Assembly: GCA_002633005.1 (NCBI GenBank)
Contig: NMRA01000089.1
Location: 124,001 to 188,000, forward strand
Source: Phoronis australis
Lineage: Eukaryota > Animalia > Phoronida
Reading direction: 5' to 3'
Length of the DNA stretch: 64,000 bases
The notes below the pieces were generated by a model. That model did not search any database. It saw only the letters and a program-made list of their open reading frames with translations, and was not told the origin of the DNA. Below are positions 51,806 through 64,000 of the stretch, piece after piece. Both the position numbers and the translations under genes were made by a program. Each line of letters starts with the position of its first letter. The first letter of the stretch is position 1.

Positions 51806-53524
51806 CTGAAATGTTAAGCAGCACATTATGCCACAGAAAATCAGGATCTGGGATCAGTTTGTGACGTGACAAAAAGCAAAACTCGAAACTTAACCAATCC
51901 TGTTGTATATTTTCAAATACAAATTGCATGATTACTCAAAAGCTATACAATTGGTCAGTTTTCAAGTTCAGATTCAAGTGCAGAGATTAGACACCATGCA
52001 GGGTCACATAAGTTGATGAAAATTCTTGTCTTTAGTTATCAATATTTATAAAAATGTACAAAGTGCATAGAGGGAGCAAAAGGGGGGAGAAGCTGTTACA
52101 GACGTTTTTGGAAACTTTTGAACACAGCAATTACGATCCATCTTTTCATCACTTTAATACAAGTAACATTCAAATTATAAACTCTACAAATGCCAAAAAC
52201 TGTATCATAATGCACAAAGTACAAGGTTAATGTTAGACATTAACACTTAGTTGAGCAGCAGTATTGGACACAGACAATAGCATGCAGAGACTGTTGACGA
52301 GTGTGAGACACTGTAGATTTCGCACGTAAATTTTGTCACTATTTCAATGATTTGCAACCAACTAAAGAGCTGGTTACAAAAGTTGACAATGCAAAGTAAT
52401 GGCTTTGAAAAAAAATGTAGCAACATTAGTTGGAAACAGCAAAGATTGAATTCACTCAAATCATTAGCAACTGTAACACTGAAACACAAGAAAAACACTA
52501 CATGTATACCGAAGAAATGAACAGAATTCATAACCACTAATGGAACCAACAGATTTGCAACCAAAACTGGGCTGAGCTCCGTAGACCACAAAACACAAGT
52601 TTGCACCAGCAGCGAATTCAATACAATAATTCATGACTTTGATTCTATAATGCGACCTCAATGACCAATCACACGGTAGCTGCTATTTTGGTAGGGCAGG
52701 CTAATAAGTTCTCAAAAAACACCCCCCACTTTTCATGCACATGATTTTGCGAGGTTTTGCAATATCACGTTGATTTGCAGCACACTAGGTCTATGGAATG
52801 CTCTCCTGTTTATAAATAAAAATATTGACTTTCAAATAGCACTACCTCGTGGACAAAAAAACACCAGAAATATCAACTAAACATTTGACGTTTAAATCAA
52901 TGGACTGAGTTTATTAAGACAGTAAAAGATTTTTCAATAAATCATATCATGCTTTATAAGTAAAACTACTCCATCTAATTGTTAGCTGGAAAATATGAAC
53001 ATTAGTAAATGCATGAGGCAACTTGTAGCAAACATTTGGCCTTTTGTCACCCCAATGCTATAAGCGCGCCTTACTTATCGTTTGTTTTTTTACTTTGAAA
53101 CTGGTACCCTTAAAAGGCGCTTTGTTACCGGCCAAGGATAGCTAACTAATCTGTGACAGCGCCACCAAGCCTTTGAGGTTTCGAAAACTTCACTAGAGAC
53201 TGTGGGGTGAAAGATGCACGTCACTTTCTTGTCACCGTACCAGTTGCCTAATGGTCACAGTAAAACTCGCTTAAATCAGATGCCCATACGTCATCTTTTT
53301 GATAAAGCCCATGTTCTGTAGTGCCTTAATGTTCTAGTTTGGGCACTCAGCCCTACATATGTAAGTTTGCTTTCATCTAATATGTATATATGTCTCAGTT
53401 TGATATTGGATTCAAGTATGAGTTTTACTACATTCAAATAATGGATAAAATGACACACTACAATAGGTGCACAACATGCCTTACTTTTGAGCACTCAAGC
53501 ACTGCCAACACTAGCACAGCTCAG

Positions 53525-53700
53525 TACTAGCACTATCACAGCCAGCACTATTACGGCCAGCACTATTACGGTCAGCACTATTACGGCCAGCACTATTACG
53601 GCCAGCACAAGCATGGCCAACACTAGCACTATCACAGCTAGCATTATTACGGCCAAGCTAGCAATTGGTAAGCACTAGTACTAGCACAGCTAGCATTAGC
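53525..53700. repeat. 15-bp tandem repeat (gcactattacggcca)n
   Basis: Imperfect array next to the candidate exon donor at 53734. Confidence 0.8.
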
Positions 53701-53733
53701 AATACTGAACAAGACGATGCAGTGAACATTTAC

Positions 53734-53814
53734 CAGACGTGACTGAAGTGCTATGTGAGCCAATGAGGAGACGGCTAACAACAAAGTACATTGAGGAGTC
53801 ATAGTGGATCTTCC
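53734..53814 (-). CDS. Nrxn: Candidate neurexin 81-nt exon in LNS4 (GKIHYDSSMYFVVSRLLIGSHSTSVTS)
   Basis: Strong acceptor ttttctttttctatttccaacag| and G|GTAAAT donor, phase 1-1, open frame. Confidence 0.65.
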
Positions 53815-56800
53815 CTGTTGGAAATAGAAAAAGAAAATACCAAATACAAGCTTTCATTTAATTAGCAAGCCTATGATTATAAATTGCAGGTTTCAGGCAT
53901 CTATTCTACGCATGAGACACAAATTACATTTTTTGATACCATATGTGTGCGCATTTAAGTTCATGAACCTCTATGTGAAACTATCGCTGCATTCAAAGTT
54001 AGACCCTCAGGCTTATAACCCAAACACTCCAGTTAAAAGACTGATGACTAAATTTTCAAGACAACAGTGTGCGAATTAAGAAGCATTATTTCAGATAGAG
54101 GCACATGGGTTTAGATACTCCCATATAGAAACTAAACAAACAAGAATTAGAAAGTGTTTGTGAATTAGCTGTGTGTGATTGGGCAACGTGAAACTAGCAA
54201 GGACCATGAAGGATCGAGGCGGTTGTTATAACAAGAGCAACACCATGACTTTGATATGATTCCACCACAAACAGTATACTTCAGGGGACAATTTTTAGCT
54301 TCATGTACTGCCATCAGACAAATTTGGTCACTAACTAAAGATATCAAATCTGAAAATAGGCTGGTGCTTGTGCAGTCAATCTCAACACCTCTCTGTGAAG
54401 GTCCCATCAAAAATTTGCTGAACCATTTTGACAATGAACAATTACGGACAAGCACTATCGTGCCAATAACATAGGCAACAGGAGGTGCTATGGTAGTTTA
54501 ATTAATCTATCTGGTAATGTACAGATATTTCAGCTACAAACCCTTGTGTAAAGTTTCATAAAAATCTGGCAAACTGGTTTGACAATAATCCAGACAAGCA
54601 ATAAACAGTCAAAAACTAAAAAGGACAACGTTTAGCGTTGAAACGTGCCCACAACTGCCGCAAATAGTACGTGTCTAGGGGTGTTAATTAATAGCATAAA
54701 AATGGCCACTAGATACGTCAAACATGTCTGAAAATGACAAGGTGTCAAATTTCATGAAAATGCGCTAGGGAATTCAAAAGATAGAGAGCAAAACGTAAAA
54801 ATCACATTCCACTAGGAGCTGATAAAATGAGTCAGATCCCGGGTGCACCACACAGTCATCTGAAAATCAATGCCAGTTGTGGATTTCTCATCAGGAACAT
54901 GCGCATTAGTTTTCTTAACAATCCTAATTGAGAGCTTTGGCAGATATAGACATAACGTAAAATTGCCGTGAGGACTTGACAGGGACCTCAGGGGTTTCAC
55001 ACTCCACTGATTTATCCACATTATTTTGAAAACGCTTTGCGCAGTCGCACATTGTGTGTCATAAAAGAGATAAGCATACCAGCAGCTGACGCAGCAAGTA
55101 GAACTACTCTCGTTTATCACATTGGTGTAGGCTCACAGTTGAACTATGGTTTTCTGTAGACCCCAGACCGTCCCGAGTTGCACCACATACCAACTCGGGA
55201 CGGTCTCTCACGACGATTAAGCGTTATGGGAAAATGCCAGAAAACGGACTCAAAATTAACAAAAGTAGCCACTAGGTGGTGTAAAACACATCACATCTGT
55301 CTGGAAACGGAATGGCACTGTCATCTCCTTAATAGAATCCTATTTGCCAAATTTCATGAACATCCACATGGATAGAGAGGCAAACGCACAGCCACAGTCG
55401 CATTGATCCAAACTCATTGTTACTGGTTCTGCTAATTTCACAAAAGCTCCAAAAATTGACAGGTAAAAGTGTCACATCAAGTTCCTTCAAAACATGTCAA
55501 GCAACAAGAATAATTGTCAAACAAGGAAAAGCAGTTGAAAACTAAAATCGCCAGCAGGGGTGCTCGGTTACGTGACAATCTCCAAAAAGCGATGGTGCCG
55601 GTGCATTTCCACCACGTACTTCTGTATCAAGTTTCAGCAAAATTCATCCACACGTTTTGCCAAAAAATGACAGACAATGAATTTTGTATCAAAAAAGTCA
55701 ACAGGGAGTGCCTCGGTAGTCAAATTCGTTTGAAAGTCCAATGGCGCTGGCACATTCCTGCCCATGTGTCTGTGTCAAGTTTTGGTAAAATTATTCAAGT
55801 CCGTTTCATATCAAAAAGTGTAACAGCCAACAGGGGTGAAACAAAAATCCAATCCGAGGCCTCCGGGTGCTGGGTCATCCCCGTCAAATACCTCTGTATC
55901 AAGTTTCAGTATGATCTGTTCTATTATTTTTTGGAAAATCGGTGAACATGCAAAGGTAATGACTAATGGACAGCATCCTGATCACGTGAAACCACAAAAT
56001 TTTTTATAGTCCCGTCAAAATCTAATCATTTATCTTGTAGAGTAAAAACAGTCCAGGATTCTCAAAAATCCCTCAAGATATTCAAATGTGGCTCAAAGCT
56101 TCCCAAACACAAAGCAGCACTATATTTGAATACAAGGTGGGACTGAACCCTCCCACTGTAATTACTACAATGTCAGGCATAGCAGCTCTTGTTTTTAACA
56201 ACCCGAACAAAAGAATTTTACTTTAAAAGTTCCAAGAGAATGTTGACATTTTCTCAAAAAGGGGGCCCCTACTTTGGTATGGCATCCATGGTCCTTAAAA
56301 GTATTGAACATGTTAAATTGAGATGATGTGATATATACCATGTGAATATCTACAACAATGAAAACAACATCTGTGTGGCAAGTCTGGTGAATAACTAGAT
56401 CCTAACGGTAATGTCACTTGAGTTTAGTGACTCATCTAGGTGCTAAAATGTGACACCAACTGACACTAACATGCTTCAAGACATTAATTATGATTTTCTG
56501 ACCACTCACTTGATTTAAAACACTTGTTTGTAGATTAAACTAAATACCTGCTAATTTTATACAGATGTAGGACAAACGATCTTCCGTTTTTTTTTATTCT
56601 GGAAAGCTCCATTTAATTCAACATCTTAAATTCTCTTTCATTTCTTAAGAAAACGTATTTCAATTCCGTTTCACATCAGCTTCAATTTCCTGAATGGAAG
56701 TAAAATGTGACACATTGATTAGCTTTGTCTGCACCTCCTTAATTCTGTCAGCTGTTTTGGCACATTTGCTCTGTTTTACCCAAAACAGTGCTTTGCGCCA

Positions 56801-57378
56801 TGTTGATCGTTTCTTAAATTGGCGCCACCTTTAGAAAGAAGATGCAACTACATGAACATGTTGATCGTTGATGGAGTCGAAGCTACAATCTATCTTAGGT
56901 AGTGATTTTGATGGATTATTCTAATTTTCAGTACGTAAAAACACAAATTAAGATTTCCTGTGTTTACTAAACCTATAATTTTGTGAAAGAAGTTCGACAT
57001 AGTCAACTCGGACCGTATTCCGTTACTACACAAACTACATAGCAGGAATGTTCATCGATGTTAAGTTTTTGGCTTATGTTTAGGTAAGTGACCATTATAG
57101 CTAACATCATTCGCCTGTTCAAAACACATTCATCTACAGCAGCTCATCTCACTAACATAGTATTACACTTTGCATTAAATTCAAGGACAGTGAACACAAA
57201 GCTGTACTCCAAACTCGACTCAAAAATTTACCAACCGCATACCACATTTTCATTAATAAATTTTCAACTTTCAAGACGAGTCTGAAGTAACCTTTGAAGG
57301 TCACGACCCTTTGTCTACAGAGAATGACCCAAGAGCACATGACTAAATCACAAACTTGATGTGTGAGAACCGACTCAC

Positions 57379-57484
57379 CTGTTTTCCACTTGTTGTCGAC
57401 AGACAAGCTCAGTTTGTGTGCACGTCTGCTTATGCGACATGTGTGCCACTTATCATCACCGAGATTTCGACCAACTTTCATTTT
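57379..57484 (-). CDS. Nrxn: Neurexin LNS4 exon (KMKVGRNLGDDKWHTCRISRRAHKLSLSVDNKWKT)
   Basis: tttgcag| acceptor (phase 0) and G|GTGAGT donor (phase 1). Contains the LxDxxWH motif. Confidence 0.95.
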
Positions 57485-58359
57485 CTGCAAAGACAATAAC
57501 CATCAAGTCAGTTTATTGTCAGTCACACAACAGCCAGTAAAGCAGCACCATGTGAACTTCATCAAAAGATTTGTAAACAGATCACGGTAGACAGAATCCT
57601 TCGATATCGGGCACACTGATCTAGCTTCTTTTTGTACAGAGCAGGGCAATTACTGCATTAGCTATGATAACAGGGCAACAAAATATTGGCTGAAATAAAT
57701 CAAAACTATAGTGGACTAAAACTGTTCTGGTTGACTTTTGAAAACTTTAATTCACAATGAAATGTTTTTGGAATCATTTTTAATTCAAGGAATATGACAA
57801 TTAATATTAGCCAAAAATGATGTCATTGTTTCTGTTTTGTTGACAGAGATGTAATTGGGATACACGATTTGTTTACGACCTGTGAGCTCTAACAAAAGAT
57901 TGCAGGAGGGAGGAGGGAGATATTAGCAATTTTGATCCACGTTGTGTACATGCTCATCCTTGGTCAGACAAGAGCTAACCCCCACTCAATATTGTTGTTT
58001 GAATCCTCACCTTGGGTCTAAAGGGATTAGGTTAGTACAGGTGAAAAAACGCGTCACTTTCAAAACTCAAATTAACCAAAAATTGGGACTTGGTGTATTA
58101 ATAGAAAGTCAGATTACTTTTGACATGAATTATAGCTATGGCAAGAATGAGCCTTAAAAATAGGTATAAACTCTAAATAACACCAAGAGAAGTCAAGACA
58201 AGCCTCCTCAAACAAATACAACAGCTCAATACCACCAACGCATTGTGTAAAATTGAAAGTGCAGACCGATTTGTACCATACATGAGGCATAATTAATACC
58301 CAGACAGCTACTACAAACAGACATAAATGTCCAAATACATTTAAAATGCATTTATCTAC

Positions 58360-58577
58360 CTTTGTACCATCACCCAGATTTAATGACAGATGGAGCACTC
58401 CTCTTTTAATTTCCAACACCATCTTGTCTCCTAGTGATTTTGCGAATGTAGTAAACAGCAAACTGTTGGAGTATTTGGTTTTGAATCTGAGAGTAATGTC
58501 TTCCACCTCTGTGTGACTTTCTTGAGGCAGAGTTATCTCCACATACTGTCGCCCATCAAATGTTAGGGTGGTGGCCG
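58360..58577 (-). CDS. Nrxn: Neurexin LNS4 first exon (ATTLTFDGRQY...HTEVEDITLRFKT...)
   Basis: HTE.EDI.LRF motif, phase 1 to 0. Confidence 0.95.
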
Positions 58578-58837
58578 CTGAAGAAATACGAAACTGATGA
58601 GCAGTATAACGAAGAAATGTAAAATGATTGTGACACAGAATTAAATAATGAATTTGACATACTTTGACAAAAGTTGAAACAAAACGGAGCCGTCATCATC
58701 AGGTGAACAAAAAGTTTAAAGCATACTGTAAGTGAAACACAAAACTTAAGACAAAACTGGTAGTTACTGTGCATTGATAGACCACTGAATGCAACACAAA
58801 TGGCCAAAATCGAGTGCCACTGAGGCTCACTGGTAAA

Positions 58838-58990
58838 CACTTGAGTCAGTTCTCTAGTTTGTCAACTCGGTTTTAACTATATACCGGTATTACTAAAGCA
58901 TAAAAATGGTTCCAGGCGATCAGTGCAATGGGCCCACATGAACGATCTGCACACATCTGGTATACAACGTGTACCAGACAGCCTGCGATT
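58838..58990 (+). mobile_element. Partial second copy of the SINE at 3000-3213
   Basis: Colinear similarity to the reverse complement of 3010-3130. Confidence 0.6.
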
Positions 58991-59047
58991 ATTTTTTGAA
59001 AAATGGCAGACATTACAATACTACTGCCGAGTCAAACTCAAACCTAC

Positions 59048-59834
59048 CCTTATCACAAGCTGTTCCTATGTAGCCTGTCAATGTACAGTCGCACACAAAT
59101 CTGTTCCATCCATTTGAGCACACGCCTGCATGCATACATGGACTAGGCTCACAGTGAGACTCTGTGGTGACACAGTAGTCAGCCAAGCTGACACCTTGCT
59201 CGCGACCAATCTGAGCCAGATCAACTCTCTTTCCGTTTACTATCAAATCCTCCATACAACCAACGAATCCATAACCTAAAGACACTGACCATAACTCCTT
59301 TGGTACATGTCGCCGAGAATGACGCATATCCAGTCCTCCAACATACAACATATCTGAGAGATTCAAGATGTCTCCGCGACCTTTAGTCCGGTAATTAAAA
59401 TTCTCCCCATCAACCAATACACTGCCTATCTGTCCTCTATGTTCCAGTTTCACACGATGTGGCAAGCCATCGCTGACATTAACGGATGTCACCTGCCACT
59501 TGGACAAACCAGATTTCAAACGCAGCAGCAGAAACAAATGACCTTGGATGATCTCCAATGCAAAGAGATCCGCTGCAGTGTCAACACCATTGTTGAACAT
59601 AACAAGACCATCTTTCTCATTGGTCTGGAATGTAAATTCTATTGTGCCGTCATTGGCCGCTTCCCACTTAGGAAGTCGTACGTACGATTCTGGGGTGACA
59701 AAGCTTACTGGCTGAGTGTAGATGATATCTTCACATGCGTCATATTTTAGTGCCCCATGTTCTGAGAAGAATTGGACACCATCTTTTGTCATCTCCAATA
59801 TATTAAATTTTTTTGATTCTGCTTGAAATGTCAC
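59048..59834 (-). CDS. Nrxn: Neurexin LNS2 end, LNS3 and EGF2 exon
   Basis: Motifs PVSFVTPESY, GFVGCMEDL and C..GWNRFVCDC. Phase 0 to 1, 787 nt. Confidence 0.97.
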
Positions 59835-60757
59835 CTGTAATTAGACACAAGAGTGCAGAGTCTTTAGTGTATGCCCACCATGTGCAACGCAAATGGCAAA
59901 GATACAAGGGTTGTTACTTTTTCAAATGTCTACATGTTAGTCAGATTCATTAAAAAATTCACATCATTTTTGCTCTCCACATTAGAAACGCATAGGTCAA
60001 TTTTCATTTCCTCAACAAAAACACCAAATTTCACGATTTGCCCATCGTAATTATTTGTATTGTAATGTCTTTTATGCGATCTGGTCAAAAAAGAGGCTAA
60101 CTTGTGTCGGAAACAAAGGCAAATATCTCCTTCAGGTACAATAATTAGTGTTTGACTATCATACCTGATGATGATATCTACATAATATTGAAACGTTCTA
60201 GCATCAATTTGTTTTCAACTTCCTGCTTCTAATTTGATCAAAAACTAGTATTATACCAATCTCCCATTGATAGGTCACTTGACCACATCACTTAAGCAAT
60301 ATTTGGGAAAAAAGTATGTTGACTTCATAGCAAAGCAGCAGTTTTAACAAAATGCTTAAATTTCCATTGAACAGAAATATTCAGTATGAAATCTCAAAAA
60401 AAAAACTGTCACAGAGTTTTCTAAATCACCTTTTCATATTTCTTTAATGTAATAACTTTTATTTATTCCCAGCATAATTAGACACAGATTTCAAAAGCAC
60501 CTCATGCAAAAGTGAAACAATGTGAAACAATTCATAGAAGTGTTTAGAAAAAAGCATCAGCAGCTTCCAAATGAATCCGATAAGCCACTTCAAAATATGA
60601 CGTAACAAGGCAAGACATTGTTTCACAACCAAAAACGCTCCTACACCAGTAGAGTGTAGAGTAGCCACCTTGGATTCTATAACCACAATAGTTGAACACG
60701 TTTCTTTCACCACGCAACTCGCAGACGCATAACAAAAACGGCCAACATTATGTTCAC

Positions 60758-60913
60758 CTTCTTCATACATCCTCGGAAGTTACTCCGTATCCTGGCGCCA
60801 CCTAGCTGTGCCGTGTGAGGACTACCTCCAAGATACAGTACATTGCTTGATAGCATCCTGAATGAACCTATGGCGCTACCAGACTGAGAGTAACCATCCA
60901 CTTCAATGGTGAT
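60758..60913 (-). CDS. Nrxn: Neurexin LNS2 exon (ITIEVDG...MLSSNVLYLGGSP...SNFRGCMKK)
   Basis: Homologous to vertebrate VTISVDG...YVGGSP...NFMGCLKE. Phase 0-0. Upstream exons lie beyond the window. Confidence 0.95.
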
Positions 60914-61709
60914 CTGAAATATTTCAAGGGGTAATAAACGCACCAGAATCAGAGAAAAGAAAATAATGACCTAAACTTGTAACAAAGCGATGAAACCAAC
61001 GATGCACACACCCACACTCAGTCTGAAGTGCATGTAGACACAGATGGTTTGAAATGATGGACCAGGAATGAAACTTGTGGAGTGACGCAAACCTAATTAT
61101 TAAGTAGCACTTGAAGAAATTTGATTAACCTCAAAATTAGGCTAGGATAACGTCCACAAAACCATATTCTAACTTTTAACACCAGAATAAAGTTGATAAC
61201 GCTTTAATATGTGACAGAAATTGAGTAGTGAGGAACAGGTTCAAATAAGTGCACAGCATCGTGTAATCTTTTTCTCAGTGATACCCTTATTAGGAAAGTA
61301 CCATAAATCCATCTGGATCCTTGCGCTTCACATGACCAATCATCTCTCATTAATAACATAATCTGATTGGTTGATTTTGTATTTTAATAAAACTCCAATG
61401 ATGACAACTCCACGCACTACAGCACCAGCACAAGCTAGTCAATATTTTTCAATGAACGAAAAATAGGAACAACCTGTTAAATTTGTCGAATTCACTTATG
61501 TCTGTCATCATGAACAAAAAGCTAATTATTTTAAATTACATTTAATAGCAGCTTAACATGAACTAGCCCTGATTTGTTTGGAGTCTTGAAAAGTGTATTT
61601 TTCAATCACCTGCAAGATGTAAATTTTGCCATTTAGCGAAAAGGATACACCTTAACATATACCTTTAACTTCTAACTAGTAAAAACTGCTTGATGAAATG
61701 GATACTTAC

Positions 61710-61736
61710 GTAGCAAATGCCATGTTCCTTGGTAAG
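61710..61736 (-). CDS. Nrxn: Candidate neurexin 27-nt microexon at the SS2-equivalent position (LTKEHGICY)
   Basis: ttattaattctcccaaag|CTTACCAAGGAACATGGCATTTGCTAC|gtaagt, phase 0-0, open frame. Confidence 0.7.
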
Positions 61737-64000
61737 CTTTGGGAGAATTAATAAATTAACTTAATATTTGAAACACAAGGAGTTGACATTGAAAGGCAAA
61801 AACTGGAAATAGCAGAGTTATACTAGAAAGGACTGGGCATGAAATACTGTTGAACTAGAAAGCTCTGAGAGAGTGCAAACATGGACTGAGACATTACAGT
61901 ACTTCATAATATACATGAACATTAACGTACGGTTCTGTTCAAAGACTCCAACGTTGAACTAGCCTCATGCCAGATACCCAAAGAACACACAAGGAGGAGT
62001 TGTGTAAACTAATTGTATTGGCTTCCTTATTTGGAAACTTATTGAACAAGTTTGTCTTTATTTTGACTTCACATTACAAAGTAGTTATAACCTGCATTCC
62101 ATCCAATCAGCAAACTTGATTTAGTTTTAAACGAACCGCCATAAAATTGGTCTCAACTTTTTCCTAACTCATACGAGGAGTTCTGCATGATCGAGCTCGG
62201 CACATTATAACGCACACTCATATCGAATTCTTTAATACAAATTTCCAAACCCCAAGCAGGGACTTTGATTTCAAAACAACTAAATGTGTTACAGTACATC
62301 AGATCACAAACATAGTTAATACTGTCACAACACATCTCAATGATGATTTTTTACCCTTCTGCACTTGGCCAACAATTTAACAACTAGCCTTGTTCCTGCC
62401 GACAGCACACAATTGGCTTCTGAGGTAAACTAACATGCAGTCATATTATGCTATATTCCAAAACATTCTGAGTTGAGTGGCCTGTTAGTTGTTTGTTTTT
62501 TGGGGATGACATCAAGAATATTATGTTGTTGCAGTAAATCTTCCAAAATAGAAAATTATTAAATTCATGAACATTTTGAAATTCCACAATACTGCGGGGT
62601 ATTAGTATGCCCATGTTCAGAATCAGTACATTTGACTGATGTCACACTGAGGTCACATTTCACTGAAAGAATGACTAAATATATCTCAAAGTTAAAACTC
62701 TTTACATTAAGTATCAAACTCAGCACAAGAGAGGCAAACTCGTTGCGGCATAATTCAAACTTCATTGTTATTGCAATGAGTCGGGTTATAAATGGCTAGG
62801 GTGACTGTATGGACCAGATTAATTTTCTTACGTTTGTGTAAGTACCTGACCCCAATTTTTTGAAATTTCCAATTTAAGCTCCCGTGTATGGATTAAGAGC
62901 CCACCCATTGAGTTTCACGTTACCCTATTTAGCAGAGCGTTTATAGTAGTTGGAACTAGTACGATGAATGACATGCACTTTTCAAATAACATTCATTTTT
63001 TAAAAGAAAATTTACGACCAAATTTCCATCAACATTTGAAGTATTTAAAGTTGAATTTGCCCCTTTTAGAGCTGGGTAAGTAACTCAAAATTAAGCCCTC
63101 TCATCTCTCATATAATTGGTCTCGTAATATTCCTAAGCAATACAGGATTTCATTTACGTTACCAACTCAGGTCACAAGCACCATATACATGTGCCATTTT
63201 TGAATTTACAATTTTATGGTTGGTCAACCTCAATACAGTCTGAAGCATTATGAGTCACTGATGGTTTCAATGTTCCTGTTGAATAGAAATAGAATCCTAT
63301 CATGTTTAAGATTGTTATGAGACCGATTTTATGAAAATAAAAGAATTAATTCCATTTCCATTTTCAAGCAGCTAAATAGGGCGAAATTCAGCCTTTATAA
63401 TACAGCTGTTCATGGAATCTAAATCACATTATTTCAACAACACAACCATTTATATTAAAGCCTATCTTCAATGGTAACACCTGTAAATTTGGTTCCTACA
63501 GTATGTTAAGAGCATCCCTCTGAGCCCACTAGTGCCATAAGTTGCCAAATGTAGTGAACTGTTAGGCGTATTGGCTTGCTTTTGTCTACGTCACCGTGAG
63601 AATCACTTTTTAATTCGAACAGCTGCGAATAGCACCCACACGCAATGGTGTTCTATTCAGGCCCCTATCCAATACCACCTTTTGTTGTTTGTGCTGGGAT
63701 CTCGCAGTGACGCAACATGGCACAAAAAGGCAGCTTCACTTTATCATTTGACGGGCTTACACTTACGTGATTGAACTTGAGTTTTCTTATTTTACTAAGG
63801 CTTTGCTAGGACTATCTGGTTAGCCCAAAACATCTAAAATAACAAAATTCCATTGAAGTTAGGCTTTATAATTCTACTCGTGATATTAATACAGGTAACA
63901 CTCAGCAATTTAAAGGTGCCAGTGGTTAGACTTGTTCAATGAAAGAACATCAATAAGTCCTTAAAATATTCTGGTCAAAGAAATCTAAAAATCAACAATG

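Noticed and set aside
60160-60205. Hammerhead-ribozyme-like CTGATGA...GAAAC (similar at ~3495-3530 on the minus strand)
   Set aside because: The stems and cleavage-site helix are incomplete, and the second site has CAAAAC instead of CGAAAC. At best these are degenerate remnants.
63481-63495. 15-nt AG..GT-flanked segment (EPNLQ) as a second SS2 microexon
   Set aside because: The donor (GTGTTA) is weak and the pyrimidine tract is poor, so it is within chance expectation.

Overview
This is AT-rich, intron-containing animal genomic DNA, probably a marine invertebrate draft assembly, with two N gaps and several single-N joins. I assembled three protein-coding genes by hand from splice sites and exon phases. 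(1) A + strand 5-exon gene (8824-18108, 240 aa) encodes two tandem muconolactone-isomerase-like domains. (2) A - strand multi-exon gene (25979-19328) encodes an acidic protein with no family I recognise. (3) The 3' two-thirds of an alpha-neurexin lies on the - strand (LNS2 end, LNS3, EGF2, LNS4, LNS5, EGF3, LNS6, stalk/Cys-loop, TM, EWYV tail; 60913-31558), with its 5' part outside the window. The most interesting signal is a set of short exons missed by the ORF track. In-frame 27-nt and 18-nt microexons sit at the positions of vertebrate splice sites 2 and 4, an 81-nt cassette lies in LNS4, and a stalk cluster (22, 9, 168, 202 and 39 nt) could also yield a gamma-neurexin-like short isoform. 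The window also holds MITEs with target-site duplications, a SINE family, a truncated LINE in the neurexin 3' UTR, minisatellites, and four duplications at single-N joins that are probably assembly artefacts. All gene models are predictions from sequence only.
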